Source: an uncultured cyanobacterium (GTDB lineage: Bacteria; Cyanobacteriota; Cyanobacteriia; Cyanobacteriales; Nostocaceae). From it: a stretch of DNA of 64,000 bases. The position numbers and the translations under genes were made by a program. A model generated the notes under the pieces. The model was not told the DNA's origin, searched no databases, and worked only from the letters and a program-made list of their open reading frames with translations. Position 1 is the first letter of the stretch, and each line of letters opens with the position of its first letter. Below, piece after piece: positions 10,625 to 20,513 of this stretch. The DNA lies in NCBI GenBank assembly GCA_963706595.1, contig OY970166.1:2816001-2880000 (forward strand). The letters run 5' to 3'.

Positions 10625-11485
10625 ATGGAAGCATCTGCTAATTTCGATTTTGAGGACGATAAATTTAACGCCCCCCCTTCTCAAATCATCCCCTGGTGTC
10701 TGATGATTAATCCTCGCTATGGCACAGATGGCAATTCTTACGGGTTGGCGATTAGATTAGATAATGCCAATGCTGTAGGTTTTAAACCGGATGAAAACTG
10801 GCAACAGGTAGAGCATGAATTTAGCTCTGGAGTGGAAACAGTTTTTATCAGCGATACGCCAAAATTAGTTATAGTCCGCCGGGGTCCTTTATCTGTTAAA
10901 GACCGGGAAACTGGTAGCAAACTTGGTACTCTTAAAGAAAATTATGATGCTTTTTTAGCAGACAAACTTAAATTCAAAACTTTTACTCGCTACCTCATTT
11001 ATTTAGTAGGAGAAAATAAAAAATTTCTCCACGACTCTCCATTACAATTAACTCTTAGCGGCGCAGCCGGAGCAAGTTTCAGCAAAACTTACTGCGAATT
11101 TCAACAAGGAAGAGTGAGCGGTGGATTCGTTGCTGAACTAGAAAGAGCTTATGCTGTATATCGCCAGCAACCTGTTTCACCAAAAGGCTCTTTATTTCAC
11201 GCTCATGGAATTTTCTGCCCGATTATTGAGTGCGAAGAACGCGGAATTCAACCAAAGACTGCGCTGATAGCTTCCACAGTGGATTACAAGCATCCCACTG
11301 TGGGGACATTAACTGAATATCTAATTGCTTCAGATTCTGTTGAGTCGGCAATGATCTGCAAGACTTTTGAAGAACACAAAGAGTTTGGCAAAGAAACTAT
11401 CAAAGTCGAAGCCCCTAAACTGGCAGCAGTTGGTGTTTCTAATTCTTATATTTACGCGGATGAAGACGATTATCCCCCCTACTAG
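10625..11485 (+). CDS. Conserved cyanobacterial protein of unknown function (resembles DUF5895), acidic C-terminal tail
   Basis: Full-length 286-aa ORF with normal composition. The family assignment is from memory and was not searched. Confidence 0.7.
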   Translation: MEASANFDFEDDKFNAPPSQIIPWCLMINPRYGTDGNSYGLAIRLDNANAVGFKPDENWQQVEHEFSSGVETVFISDTPKLVIVRRGPLSVKDRETGSKLGTLKENYDAFLADKLKFKTFTRYLIYLVGENKKFLHDSPLQLTLSGAAGASFSKTYCEFQQGRVSGGFVAELERAYAVYRQQPVSPKGSLFHAHGIFCPIIECEERGIQPKTALIASTVDYKHPTVGTLTEYLIASDSVESAMICKTFEEHKEFGKETIKVEAPKLAAVGVSNSYIYADEDDYPPY

Positions 11486-11487
11486 CG

Positions 11488-11690
11488 TGGGGAGTAGGGA
11501 GTGGGGAGTGGGGAGTGGGGAGTTTGTAGGGTGTGTTGTCGCATAGCGCAACGCACCATCCTCAATTCTCGGTGCGTTAGGACTAACGTCCATAACACAC
11601 CTTACCCAAACTTAACAACTGTTCCTCTTCTCCCCTGCACCCTGCACCCTGCCCCCTTTCCTCGTCTCCCCCTGCACTCTGCCTCTTCCC
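11488..11690. repeat. STRR (GGGGAGT)n + GTAG REP doublet + (CCCTGCA)n composite
   Basis: Heptamer arrays flank GTAGGGTGTGTTG...AACACACCTTAC (11526-11604). Confidence 0.8.
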
Positions 11691-11695
11691 ATGCT

Positions 11696-12961
11696 CTATC
11701 TCTTTAGTAGTAAATAATACAGTGAACCGTTACCACCTGTAACACCAGCGCGATCGCCTGCTACTTTGCCAGAACCCATGAAATAATCCACCCTACCTGG
11801 GCCTCTGATGGCGCTTCCTGTATCTTGATCAAGTACAAAGCGGCTCACAGTCCGATATTCCAACTGGCCATTGCTCATCGCATAAGGAAGTGAAGTATGA
11901 ACCAGTGCTAGTGCGCCTGGAGGCATGAGAGACTTATCTGTAGCAATGGAACGCTCGGCTGTAACTGGGACATTAATACTACCAGTAGCTGGTCTACCAG
12001 CGTTTTCTTGGAAGAAGACAAATCTTTCCCATCGGGGGAGATAATTAGTCATTTCCTGGGGGTTAGTTTGGAAAAAGTTCATAATCCCCGGCATATTTAA
12101 TTGATTTGCCGCTAACTTGCCATCTTTAGACAGTTGTCCGCCGATACTTGTCCAGGGGTAATCTGTGCCACCAGCAAAGCCCACAGAGGTTTTCGTACCA
12201 TCAGTTAACTCAATTTGGGCAGAACCTTGGATATGTACCATGTATGCCTCGAAGCGATCGCGGAACCAGAGCATTTCTAAACCGCGCAACTGGCTTCTTT
12301 CCCCTAGTAAACCGTCTTGACCTTCGAGATCAACGCGTTTGGGGTGAGGTTTAGCCCATTGATCAAAATCGGGTGGTCGGCGATACAAGGGATATTTATA
12401 TTCTTCCGTTCTCACCCGGCTCGCAGTATAAATAGGCTCAAAATAAGCAGTAAACTTCACAGTCCCTTTGCCATCATTGCCCACAGACTTGAAAAAGGTA
12501 AACTCTCGCCGGACAGCAGCTTGGAGTTGGGCTGGAGATTTAGAATTAACAACAAGTTGACGGAACCGAATCAAACTCCGACGCACCCGATCATGAGTAA
12601 TTCCCCTGACTGGATAATTTTTATAGGCGGCGATCACACTATTTCTTGACAAATAACTCAAACTATGGTCAATAGCAGTCAGCAAAGCCTGGCGATCGCC
12701 GCCACCAGATTTACCCACTTGATTCCACAGTTGCTCATCCCAACCCAAGCAAGCGTGTCTGGGAGTACAATTGTTGCCCAGGTTGAGGGGTTTAAGGGGT
12801 ACTGGCGACTTTACTTGCGGAGTACGTGCCTGGACTAGCTGCTGTATCTGAGGTTTGGCTGGTACTCGTAACGGGATAGGAACCTGAGCTACAGCCGACC
12901 AGATAGTATTTATAAAAGCAATTCCCAAACTGAGGGAAACCAAAGCAAGGCTTTTTCTCAT
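11696..12961 (-). CDS. mltA: Membrane-bound lytic murein transglycosylase A
   Basis: FTAYFEP, HIQGS, RFVFF, SIATD, DQDTGSAIRGPGRVDYFMG (3D domain). Confidence 0.95.
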   Translation of the reverse strand: MRKSLALVSLSLGIAFINTIWSAVAQVPIPLRVPAKPQIQQLVQARTPQVKSPVPLKPLNLGNNCTPRHACLGWDEQLWNQVGKSGGGDRQALLTAIDHSLSYLSRNSVIAAYKNYPVRGITHDRVRRSLIRFRQLVVNSKSPAQLQAAVRREFTFFKSVGNDGKGTVKFTAYFEPIYTASRVRTEEYKYPLYRRPPDFDQWAKPHPKRVDLEGQDGLLGERSQLRGLEMLWFRDRFEAYMVHIQGSAQIELTDGTKTSVGFAGGTDYPWTSIGGQLSKDGKLAANQLNMPGIMNFFQTNPQEMTNYLPRWERFVFFQENAGRPATGSINVPVTAERSIATDKSLMPPGALALVHTSLPYAMSNGQLEYRTVSRFVLDQDTGSAIRGPGRVDYFMGSGKVAGDRAGVTGGNGSLYYLLLKR

Positions 12962-12964
12962 GAT

Positions 12965-13219
12965 TTAGTTGAATCTTTCAACGCTAGAGCTAAAAACTGG
13001 TTCTACCCGGATGGCGACAATCCGACTTGGACGTATTACTAAGTACTCCTGCTGAATATTCTTGATTGGCACGTTAATTAATTCATTAGAATCAAACTTA
13101 GGCATGAGCGAACCGCTATACCACTTTTGAAAATCTTGAAAAGTGGCAAAACGTACTTCTTCCCTGTGACCGCCTTCTAATAAAAGGTGTACGGCAAATT
13201 CATTTGCTGTTCTAGGCAT
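12965..13219 (-). CDS. Small hypothetical protein (84 aa), probably co-transcribed with mltA
   Basis: ATG start; stop lies 3 bp before the mltA start; protein-like alternation of beta and alpha segments. Confidence 0.75.
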   Translation of the reverse strand: MPRTANEFAVHLLLEGGHREEVRFATFQDFQKWYSGSLMPKFDSNELINVPIKNIQQEYLVIRPSRIVAIRVEPVFSSSVERFN

Positions 13220-13334
13220 AAAATTGAATCATTTAAAACATATTCAACTCATTGTTAACCACCGAACGCCACAATGAAAAGGGTAAGCATACGGGAGCAA
13301 GAGTTGCTTTTTGGCATAATTTTTAATTAATCAC

Positions 13335-13557
13335 GCATCACTCCTCACTTTTCGCCTTTACTTTGACTCTAGACGGCCTTCAGTTTTACCAGTTCCCTAA
13401 AAAGTCACCGCACTGTTTTAAATTCCAATGCACTAGTAGTTTGGAAGGATTAAAAATCAAGAAAAGCCGTCCTAGAAGGCTTGTACTGAGCAGTTCGACA
13501 GGCTCACTGTATCACTTGTCGAAGTGACGGAGCTTGTATCCCATTATTTCCGGTCAT
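13335..13557 (+). mobile_element. Probable IS200/IS605-family right-end remnant (no tnpA/tnpB ORF), interrupted by a 46-bp repeat
   Basis: Removing about 13480-13525 restores the subterminal hairpin AGCCGTCCTAGAAGGACGGAGCT, followed by TGTATCCCATTATTTCCGGTCA ending in a TCA-type end. The left boundary is uncertain. Confidence 0.5.
13480..13525. repeat. 46-bp small dispersed repeat, copy 1
   Basis: Its reverse complement matches 21098-21143 at 42 of 46 positions. Confidence 0.85.
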
Positions 13558-14078
13558 TTTATAGCAACCGCAACGTCAACTAATGTTGTTGAGGTCCCTT
13601 AGCATCACACTCTTTATTCAAGCACCGTTCAAGAAGTCCAATTCGCCAGCTATAGGCAAAACGACGAGGATTTAATTCTAATTTAGAATTGCGACTAAAT
13701 AAGGGTTGGTTCAGATACTGCCAAAAAGGAAATTTAATCTTGTTGTGTTGTGCGGACATAGGAGGAACAAAATAGTATAAAAGCGTTGCGGCAGGGTAGT
13801 TGGCAAGTTGTGCGAGAATTGCCAGATACTGATTCCCTAGTTTAAGATGACATGATACATATTGAATTGTCTTGGTGGCAATTGCGGAATTTTACTTAAA
13901 AATTTATGTCAGACTTGCTAGACTGACCATGACGCTAAAAGTTCCTACTAGAGTCTACAAGGAATTTTCTTTGCCAAATGAGATCAATTGCTCGAATCTA
14001 AGTAAATCCACAAGAAGGCTCCCGCCAAATTTGAGACTATGACAGGAGCCTGATCATCAAGATTAATCTATTAATCTG

Positions 14079-15791
14079 CTAATAATGAGTGCCTGTTTTC
14101 CGATGGTTCATAGCAGTAACGGCATCAGGTTTGATTAATTTACCATTGTCAACAGTGGCATAAACGACCCAGTGATCACCACATTCCATCAGTTCATTGA
14201 CTGAGCATTCCACATAAGCTAGAGCATCAGTGAGAATTGTACAGCCATTATCTGCAACTGTGGTGCTAAAATTGGTAAATCTGTCTTCTCCGGGAGCAAA
14301 ACTTTTGCGGAAATGCTTGGTGTACTCTAAATGATTACCTTCCTCCAGGATATTCAAAGCAAATTTACTACCTGGATACATTAAAGATTCTATAGCTCGG
14401 TCTTTGGCGATCGCCACAGTCAGACCAGGAGGATTGAATGTAGCTTGAGACACCCAAGTGCCTAGCATCCCCGTAGACACATCACCTTGTTTAGCTGAAA
14501 CGACACAAACCGAACCAACAATCCGACCTACAGCTTGTTCCATAGCCGTAGCAGATTCTTGTGGTAAGCGGACTTTTTTCGCCTTTTTCAAAGTTTGGGC
14601 AAAATCTGTACCCACTTCTTCACAGAACTTGAGTGTTACATCATCAGGCTTAAACTTGACCCTCAGAGTATCAAATCCAAACCGATAACCAGCATCCCGC
14701 AGTTTACCTTCAATTAAATCAAAGGCTTCACCACTCCAGCCGTAAGAACCAAAAACCCCTGCGAGTTTGTTGCTATCACCAACTGTTAATACGATTCCCA
14801 AAGCCGTATGAATAGGAGTCGGAGCATGACCTCCGATAGTGGGAGAACCAATCAAAAAGCCATCACACTTTTGAATTGCAACGTGGATTTCATCAGGGGT
14901 GGCAAATTCGCAGTTAATCAAATGCACTGCGGCTCCACCTTTAGTTAATCCCAAAGCCATCGCCTGGGCTAGGATAGCTGTATTTCCATAAGCGGAAGCA
15001 TAAAGTAGAGCAACAGATATCTCCCGATCCTTTTGAGCATCGCTCCATTCTGCGTAAGCTTTAGTCAGTTCCATTAAGCCAGTACGTACCAATGGACCGT
15101 GACCCGCAGCATACATTCTCACCTGGAAATCTGAGATTTTCTCCAAAGCTGATTCTACGTGCTGAGATTGGGGAGCCATCAGACAGTTGTAGTAGTAGCG
15201 TTGGTCTTCTTTCAATGCTTCCCAGTTGTCATCAAACACCTCATCGCCACAGATATGAGCGCCAAAAAGCTTATCTGTGTAGAGAATTTGGGTTTTTTCG
15301 TCGTAAGTACAAAGTCCTTCTGGCCAACGAGGACTAGGAATAGGTAAGAATTTTAAAACATGACCCTTACCTAAATCTAGAGTTTCTTTCCCCCGCATCA
15401 CTAAAATTTCTAAGGCGTTATCTGGGAAAGCATGACGCAAATTAGCTTCACTGGGAAGAGAACAAACAAATGTTACCTGTGGTGCTAATTCTAAAATTGC
15501 CTTGAGTGTGGGTACACGGTTGGGGCTAAAATGACCCAGGATCACATAATCCAACTCTTTCAAGTTGATGGTCTGCTGTAATGCCTGGACATAAATTTCT
15601 GTGAAGGTTTCAGCCGGTGGGTCAATAATTGCGGTTTTATCGCCTTCAATTAAATAACAATTGGAGGTAGTACCTCTTTCTCGTGCGTATTCAATTTCAA
15701 ACCGCAGGCGTGACCAACTACGCGCTCTAATAAATTTCGTGTTTGTAGCGATGGGGAGAACTTGTACGTCACGGGGTTTGGAATTGCTCAT
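14079..15791 (-). CDS. flv1B: Flavodiiron protein, Flv1 class (non-canonical ligands); likely heterocyst Flv1B
   Basis: Beta-lactamase-like + flavodoxin + flavin reductase domains. HFSPNR/RWP/DKLFG replace the canonical ligands. N-terminus closely resembles Anabaena All0177 as recalled. Confidence 0.85.
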   Translation of the reverse strand: MSNSKPRDVQVLPIATNTKFIRARSWSRLRFEIEYARERGTTSNCYLIEGDKTAIIDPPAETFTEIYVQALQQTINLKELDYVILGHFSPNRVPTLKAILELAPQVTFVCSLPSEANLRHAFPDNALEILVMRGKETLDLGKGHVLKFLPIPSPRWPEGLCTYDEKTQILYTDKLFGAHICGDEVFDDNWEALKEDQRYYYNCLMAPQSQHVESALEKISDFQVRMYAAGHGPLVRTGLMELTKAYAEWSDAQKDREISVALLYASAYGNTAILAQAMALGLTKGGAAVHLINCEFATPDEIHVAIQKCDGFLIGSPTIGGHAPTPIHTALGIVLTVGDSNKLAGVFGSYGWSGEAFDLIEGKLRDAGYRFGFDTLRVKFKPDDVTLKFCEEVGTDFAQTLKKAKKVRLPQESATAMEQAVGRIVGSVCVVSAKQGDVSTGMLGTWVSQATFNPPGLTVAIAKDRAIESLMYPGSKFALNILEEGNHLEYTKHFRKSFAPGEDRFTNFSTTVADNGCTILTDALAYVECSVNELMECGDHWVVYATVDNGKLIKPDAVTAMNHRKTGTHY

Positions 15792-15952
15792 AGATTTTTG
15801 GTGAAAAAGTGTGGAAAAAACATGGAAAAACCGGATAGCAGGTGCATCGGTTTTTAGCAGATTTCAGGAAGCGATTCAAAAAAGCTTTCATGGAAATAAG
15901 GGGGTGTAGAGATGGCAGGAAGAATTAGGGATGCAAAGGGGAAGAAATTCTC

Positions 15953-16002
<50 letters not shown>

Positions 16003-16003
16003 A

Positions 16004-17722
16004 TTAGTAGTAGTTACCTACTTTGCGATGGCGAACTGCTGTCAGTGCATCAGATTTAGACACACGACCTTCTGCAACGGTGCAGTATAAAAGCCAGTGG
16101 TCGCTGCATTCCATGCTCTTTTGGATTTCACATTCCATGTATGCGAGAGCGTCGGTGAGGATGGGAGAACCGTTTTTGGCGGTTTGGGTTTTGACTCCTG
16201 CAAATCTGTCAGCACCGGGATGTAAGCGCTTGAGGAAGTGCTTTTTCAGTTCTTGATAATTGCCTTCTTCAAGGACATTCAGAACAAAGCGATCGCCTAC
16301 TTGCATCAACGAATCAATGGCGCGGTCTTTGGCGACGGCAATTGTGAATCCTAAAGGTTGTAAACTTGCTTGCGCTACCCAGGAAGCTAACATGGCACTG
16401 CTGATATCACCTTTTTTGGTAGTGACAATGTACAGTCCGTTGCTAATCCGTCCCAGGGCTTTTTCTAAGTTGACATCTAAAGACTTAATTTGCTTGATGT
16501 TACGTTCGCGCATCAGCAATTGTCCCAAGTCTACACCAGCTTCTTGGCACATTTGGAATGTACTGGCGGTGGGAGCTTCTTTAATCCGAATGGCTGGGAA
16601 GGCTTCTTTTACACCCAAGTCAATAAACTTTCTCCGCAAGGTGTCAATGGGTTCATCATCACCGCCGTAACATTCAAACAAGCCCACCATTTGCTTGTTT
16701 TTAACAACGGATAATAAGGAACTAATCCCAGCTTGAGCCGCAGCAGCACTAGATGGAGGCATTCCAATAATCACGCCAGTGGCTCTACCTGCTAGTTCTT
16801 GAATTTCTTGCGGTTCGGCTGTGCTGATATCAATGACTTCTATACCGACTCCGGTTTTTTGGATACCTTCAGCTATGGCTAAACCTAGCTGATCGCTATA
16901 GCCATACTCGGAAACATAAAACAAGCCGACGGTGGTTTCTGTTTTAGCTTGTTTTTGACTCCAATTGTGGTAGCACTCTTTTAACAAGTCTAAGTTATGG
17001 TACAGGAGGGGACCGTGACCGTTGGCGATCATGTTAATTTTCCCCAAATCGCCCATTCTCTTCATGGCATTCAAAAGAGAACGAGCATTTGGCCCCATTA
17101 GACAGTCATAGTAAAATCTAAAGTCGGCTTCAATCGCTTCTAAGTCTTCATCAAAGGTGCGATCATCACAGAAGTGCATCCCAAAAGCATCACAGGTGAA
17201 CAGGGTTTGGGTTTTGCGGTCAAAGCTGAAGATTGTATCTGGCCAGTGGAGGTTAGGCGCACTGACAAATTCAATTTCGTGTCCTTTACCAATGTCGATG
17301 CGATCGCCACTTTTAACAATCCGCTTGGAAAAGGGATCGTGTACCAAACCTTCCAAAAACTGAAGGGCAATTTTTGAAGCTAAAACAGTCGCTCTAGGCG
17401 CTAACTGCAACACATCTTCCACCAAGCCGCTATGGTCTGGTTCTGTGTGACTAACGATTATGTAATCAATTGTCTTGGGGTTAACCAGTCCTTTGAGTGT
17501 ATCTAAATATAGTTGACGAAACTTCTGGTGAGAAGTATCGATCAAAATTGTCTGCTCACCCCTAATCAGATATGAATTATATGTCGTCCCGTTTTGCAGT
17601 CCGAATTCGATATCGAAGCGATCGCGATCCCAATCAAGCGAGCGAATCGCCGTTGTGTTAGGGGCAATTTCTACAGTCTGTATAGTTAATCGATGCTGTA
17701 CGTTCTCTGCGACCGTTACCAT
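16004..17722 (-). CDS. flv3B: Flavodiiron protein, Flv3 class; likely heterocyst Flv3B
   Basis: Canonical HTEPDH, HWPD, DAFG and GHG diiron ligands, flavodoxin and C-terminal flavin reductase; directly upstream of the Flv1B-like gene. Confidence 0.85.
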   Translation of the reverse strand: MVTVAENVQHRLTIQTVEIAPNTTAIRSLDWDRDRFDIEFGLQNGTTYNSYLIRGEQTILIDTSHQKFRQLYLDTLKGLVNPKTIDYIIVSHTEPDHSGLVEDVLQLAPRATVLASKIALQFLEGLVHDPFSKRIVKSGDRIDIGKGHEIEFVSAPNLHWPDTIFSFDRKTQTLFTCDAFGMHFCDDRTFDEDLEAIEADFRFYYDCLMGPNARSLLNAMKRMGDLGKINMIANGHGPLLYHNLDLLKECYHNWSQKQAKTETTVGLFYVSEYGYSDQLGLAIAEGIQKTGVGIEVIDISTAEPQEIQELAGRATGVIIGMPPSSAAAAQAGISSLLSVVKNKQMVGLFECYGGDDEPIDTLRRKFIDLGVKEAFPAIRIKEAPTASTFQMCQEAGVDLGQLLMRERNIKQIKSLDVNLEKALGRISNGLYIVTTKKGDISSAMLASWVAQASLQPLGFTIAVAKDRAIDSLMQVGDRFVLNVLEEGNYQELKKHFLKRLHPGADRFAGVKTQTAKNGSPILTDALAYMECEIQKSMECSDHWLLYCTVAEGRVSKSDALTAVRHRKVGNYY

Positions 17723-18079
17723 GCTTCGTCTCCGAGCGCAAATTTTTAGTATTCTTTTTCTGCACTCATTTTCGCTGATATCTATTTTTAAAGTTGTAAT
17801 GAAGATGCTATTTTGATAATTTAAACTTGTATTAACTATTGCTGTTTAATGGTGTTTTTTCTAACTCAAAACATCTACTATATTTCTGGCTAGATAAAAT
17901 CTTTAATTCCATCATATATGTCTTGTTTCTCTAACAAGATTTTCGTAATGAAAAGCATAGAATAAAGTTTTTAACGCAGAGGTCGCTGAGTACACGCAAA
18001 GTTACGCGGAGTCTTGATTTAAACATTTTGTGTGGCAATTTTTATAGTATGATTACTAATCATATAAGCTATTTCATAG

Positions 18080-18120
18080 CCCCCTCCTCGCTTGCGGGGA
18101 GGGGGTTGGGGGTGGGGTTC
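18080..18120. repeat. REP-like hairpin repeat
   Basis: CCCCTCCTCGCTTGCGGGGAGGGGGTTGGGGGTGGGGTTC; similar to 60070-60110. Confidence 0.7.
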
Positions 18121-18128
18121 TTTTAATT

Positions 18129-19712
18129 ATGACTGAACAAAAGGGCAAAGTTTATCTGGTCGGTGCTGGCCCTGGAGATGTGGCATATCTGACGGTGAAG
18201 GCTTACAGTCTATTAGGCACAGCTCAGGTATTAATCTATGATGCTTTAGTAGATCAGCAATTATTACAGTGTGTATCACCTAATTGTCTGCGGCTAGATG
18301 TTGGTAAACGTGGTGGTAAACCTAGTACGTCTCAAGGGGAAATTAATCAATTACTTGTGCAGCACTGTTTGCAAGGAAAACAAGTGGTGCGCCTAAAATC
18401 AGGTGATCCGTTTATTTTTGGGCGTTGTACGGCGGAAATTCAAGCTCTGCAAGCGTCTGGCTGTGAGTTTGAAGTTGTACCCGGAATTTCTTCGGCGCTT
18501 GCGGCTCCATTAATGGCTGGGATTCCTTTGACAGATCCGGTTCTGAGTCGTTGTTTTGCTGTGTTGACAGCCCATGAACCAGATGCTTTAGATTGGGAAG
18601 CGTTATCTCGCTTAGACACGTTAGTAATATTGATGGGTGGGCGACATCTGCCGGAGATCATACACCAATTACTCAGGCACGGGCGATCGCCTTCTACAGC
18701 CATTGCCATTATCCGTTGGGCGGGAACTCCCCAGCAACAAATTTGGACAGCCGAACTGGATCATATTCTCGAACAAACGAGCGGCGTTTCTCTCTCCCCA
18801 GTGGTAATTGTGATTGGCGAAGTTGTGAGATTATGCAATTACCTAAAACCTGAGAAAATATCTTTAAATCAAGCTTCTCACGCCCAAACTATGTCAAGCA
18901 ACTTTTCTGCATCTCCCCACCTCCCCCTCACAGGGAAAACTATCCTGGTGACGCGTGCTTCTGGACAATCGAGCCAATTTAGCGATCGCCTCACCGCATC
19001 CGGTGCTACTGTGATTTCAATGCCAACTTTAGAAATTGTCCCGCCTTCGAGTTGGGATGGTTTGGATCAGGCGATCGCTAATTTAACTGATTTTCACTGG
19101 TTAATTCTCACTTCCAGCAATGGCGTAGACTATTTTTTTGAGAGATTATTCGCCCAAGGTAGAGATGTTAGGGCTTTAGCTGGGGTGAAAATTGCCGTTG
19201 TTGGTGAAAAAACAGCCGCAACTCTCAGCAACTACTGTCTTGAACCGGATTTTATTCCCCCTAATTTTGTCGCTGATTCTTTAGTAGCCAATTTTCCCGC
19301 AGCATTACAGGGTAAAAAGTTGTTATTTCCCAGAGTAGAAAGCGGTGGACGAGAAGTTTTAGTGCAAGAATTAACGGCTAAAGGTGCAAAAGTTGTAGAA
19401 GTGGCTGCATATCAATCTCGCTGTCCTAGTAGTATTCCAGAATCAGCCAAATTAGCTCTGCAAAATCGCACTGTTGATATAATTACTTTTGCTAGTTCTA
19501 AAACTGTCAAATTTTTCTGCCAACTCATAGAAGAGATATTTGACCAGAAATCTGACATAACTGATGCTTTAGAGCAAATTTGTATTGCTTCTATCGGTCC
19601 CGAAACTTCTAAAAGTTGCCATGCATTATTCGGGCGCGTGAATATTGAAGCTGAGGAATATACTTTAGATGGCTTAACTCAAGCACTGATTAAATGGGTG
19701 AAAAATTCTTAA
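18129..19712 (+). CDS. cobA/hemD: Fused uroporphyrinogen-III C-methyltransferase / uroporphyrinogen-III synthase
   Basis: VYLVGAGPGD, RLKSGDPFIFGR, VPGISS; then ILVTR, TSSNGV, VGEKT, FASSKTV, IGPET. Confidence 0.95.
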   Translation: MTEQKGKVYLVGAGPGDVAYLTVKAYSLLGTAQVLIYDALVDQQLLQCVSPNCLRLDVGKRGGKPSTSQGEINQLLVQHCLQGKQVVRLKSGDPFIFGRCTAEIQALQASGCEFEVVPGISSALAAPLMAGIPLTDPVLSRCFAVLTAHEPDALDWEALSRLDTLVILMGGRHLPEIIHQLLRHGRSPSTAIAIIRWAGTPQQQIWTAELDHILEQTSGVSLSPVVIVIGEVVRLCNYLKPEKISLNQASHAQTMSSNFSASPHLPLTGKTILVTRASGQSSQFSDRLTASGATVISMPTLEIVPPSSWDGLDQAIANLTDFHWLILTSSNGVDYFFERLFAQGRDVRALAGVKIAVVGEKTAATLSNYCLEPDFIPPNFVADSLVANFPAALQGKKLLFPRVESGGREVLVQELTAKGAKVVEVAAYQSRCPSSIPESAKLALQNRTVDIITFASSKTVKFFCQLIEEIFDQKSDITDALEQICIASIGPETSKSCHALFGRVNIEAEEYTLDGLTQALIKWVKNS

Positions 19713-19719
19713 CTTACTC

Positions 19720-20310
19720 ATGAATAAACGCATCATCGGCTTAACTGGAGGTATTGCTACAGGTAAAACCACCGTCGCCAATTATTTGGCTAGTGCTTAT
19801 AATCTGCCAATTTTCGATGCAGATATCTATGCTAGGGATGCGGTAGCTGTGGGTTCGCCGATTCTGAAGGCGATCGCACAACGTTACGGTCAAGAAATCG
19901 TCCTCCCAGATAGTAGCCTCAACCGAGAAAAACTCGGTGAAATTATCTTTACACAGCCAGATGAACGCCACTGGGTAGAAAATTTAATTCATCCTGATGT
20001 AGTCCATCGTTTTGAACAAGCGATCGCGCAATCATCATCACAAACACTTATTTTAGTTATCCCCCTACTATTTGAAGCCCAAATGACCAACTTAGTTACA
20101 GAAATCTGGGTTGTCTACTGTTCCGAACTACAACAACTGCAAAGATTAATCCAACGAAATCATTTAACACCAGAACAAGCCCAAACGCGCATCAACAGCC
20201 AGTTATCCCTATCAAAAAAAGCTGCCCGTGCAGACATTACTCTAAATAACTCATCCACCCCAGAAAGCTTACTACAACAGATAGATGTTGCTATTACAAT
20301 CAATACCTAA
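19720..20310 (+). CDS. coaE: Dephospho-CoA kinase
   Basis: IGLTGGIATGKT, DAD, LNREKLGEIIF, IHP, IPLLFE. Confidence 0.96.
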   Translation: MNKRIIGLTGGIATGKTTVANYLASAYNLPIFDADIYARDAVAVGSPILKAIAQRYGQEIVLPDSSLNREKLGEIIFTQPDERHWVENLIHPDVVHRFEQAIAQSSSQTLILVIPLLFEAQMTNLVTEIWVVYCSELQQLQRLIQRNHLTPEQAQTRINSQLSLSKKAARADITLNNSSTPESLLQQIDVAITINT

Positions 20311-20513
20311 AGTAATCTCATCTAAAAAAAAGGGAGCATCCCAACGCATTAAAAACCTAAAATACCGATGCAAAAAACCCATTAAACCCTCTTCCCTTGG
20401 CGTTCTTTGCGCCTAAAGCCCTGGGGGCATACGCTACGCGTTAGCGGAGCTTCGCTTTAGCGATAGGCGGTTCGTAAAAAAAAATCCCCTTAAAACACCA
20501 AAAAAAATTAACT

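Noticed and set aside
13600..14000. Possible riboswitch or ncRNA downstream of flv1B
   Set aside because: Some hairpins, but no recognisable cobalamin, TPP, glutamine or tRNA consensus; unsupported without a covariance search.
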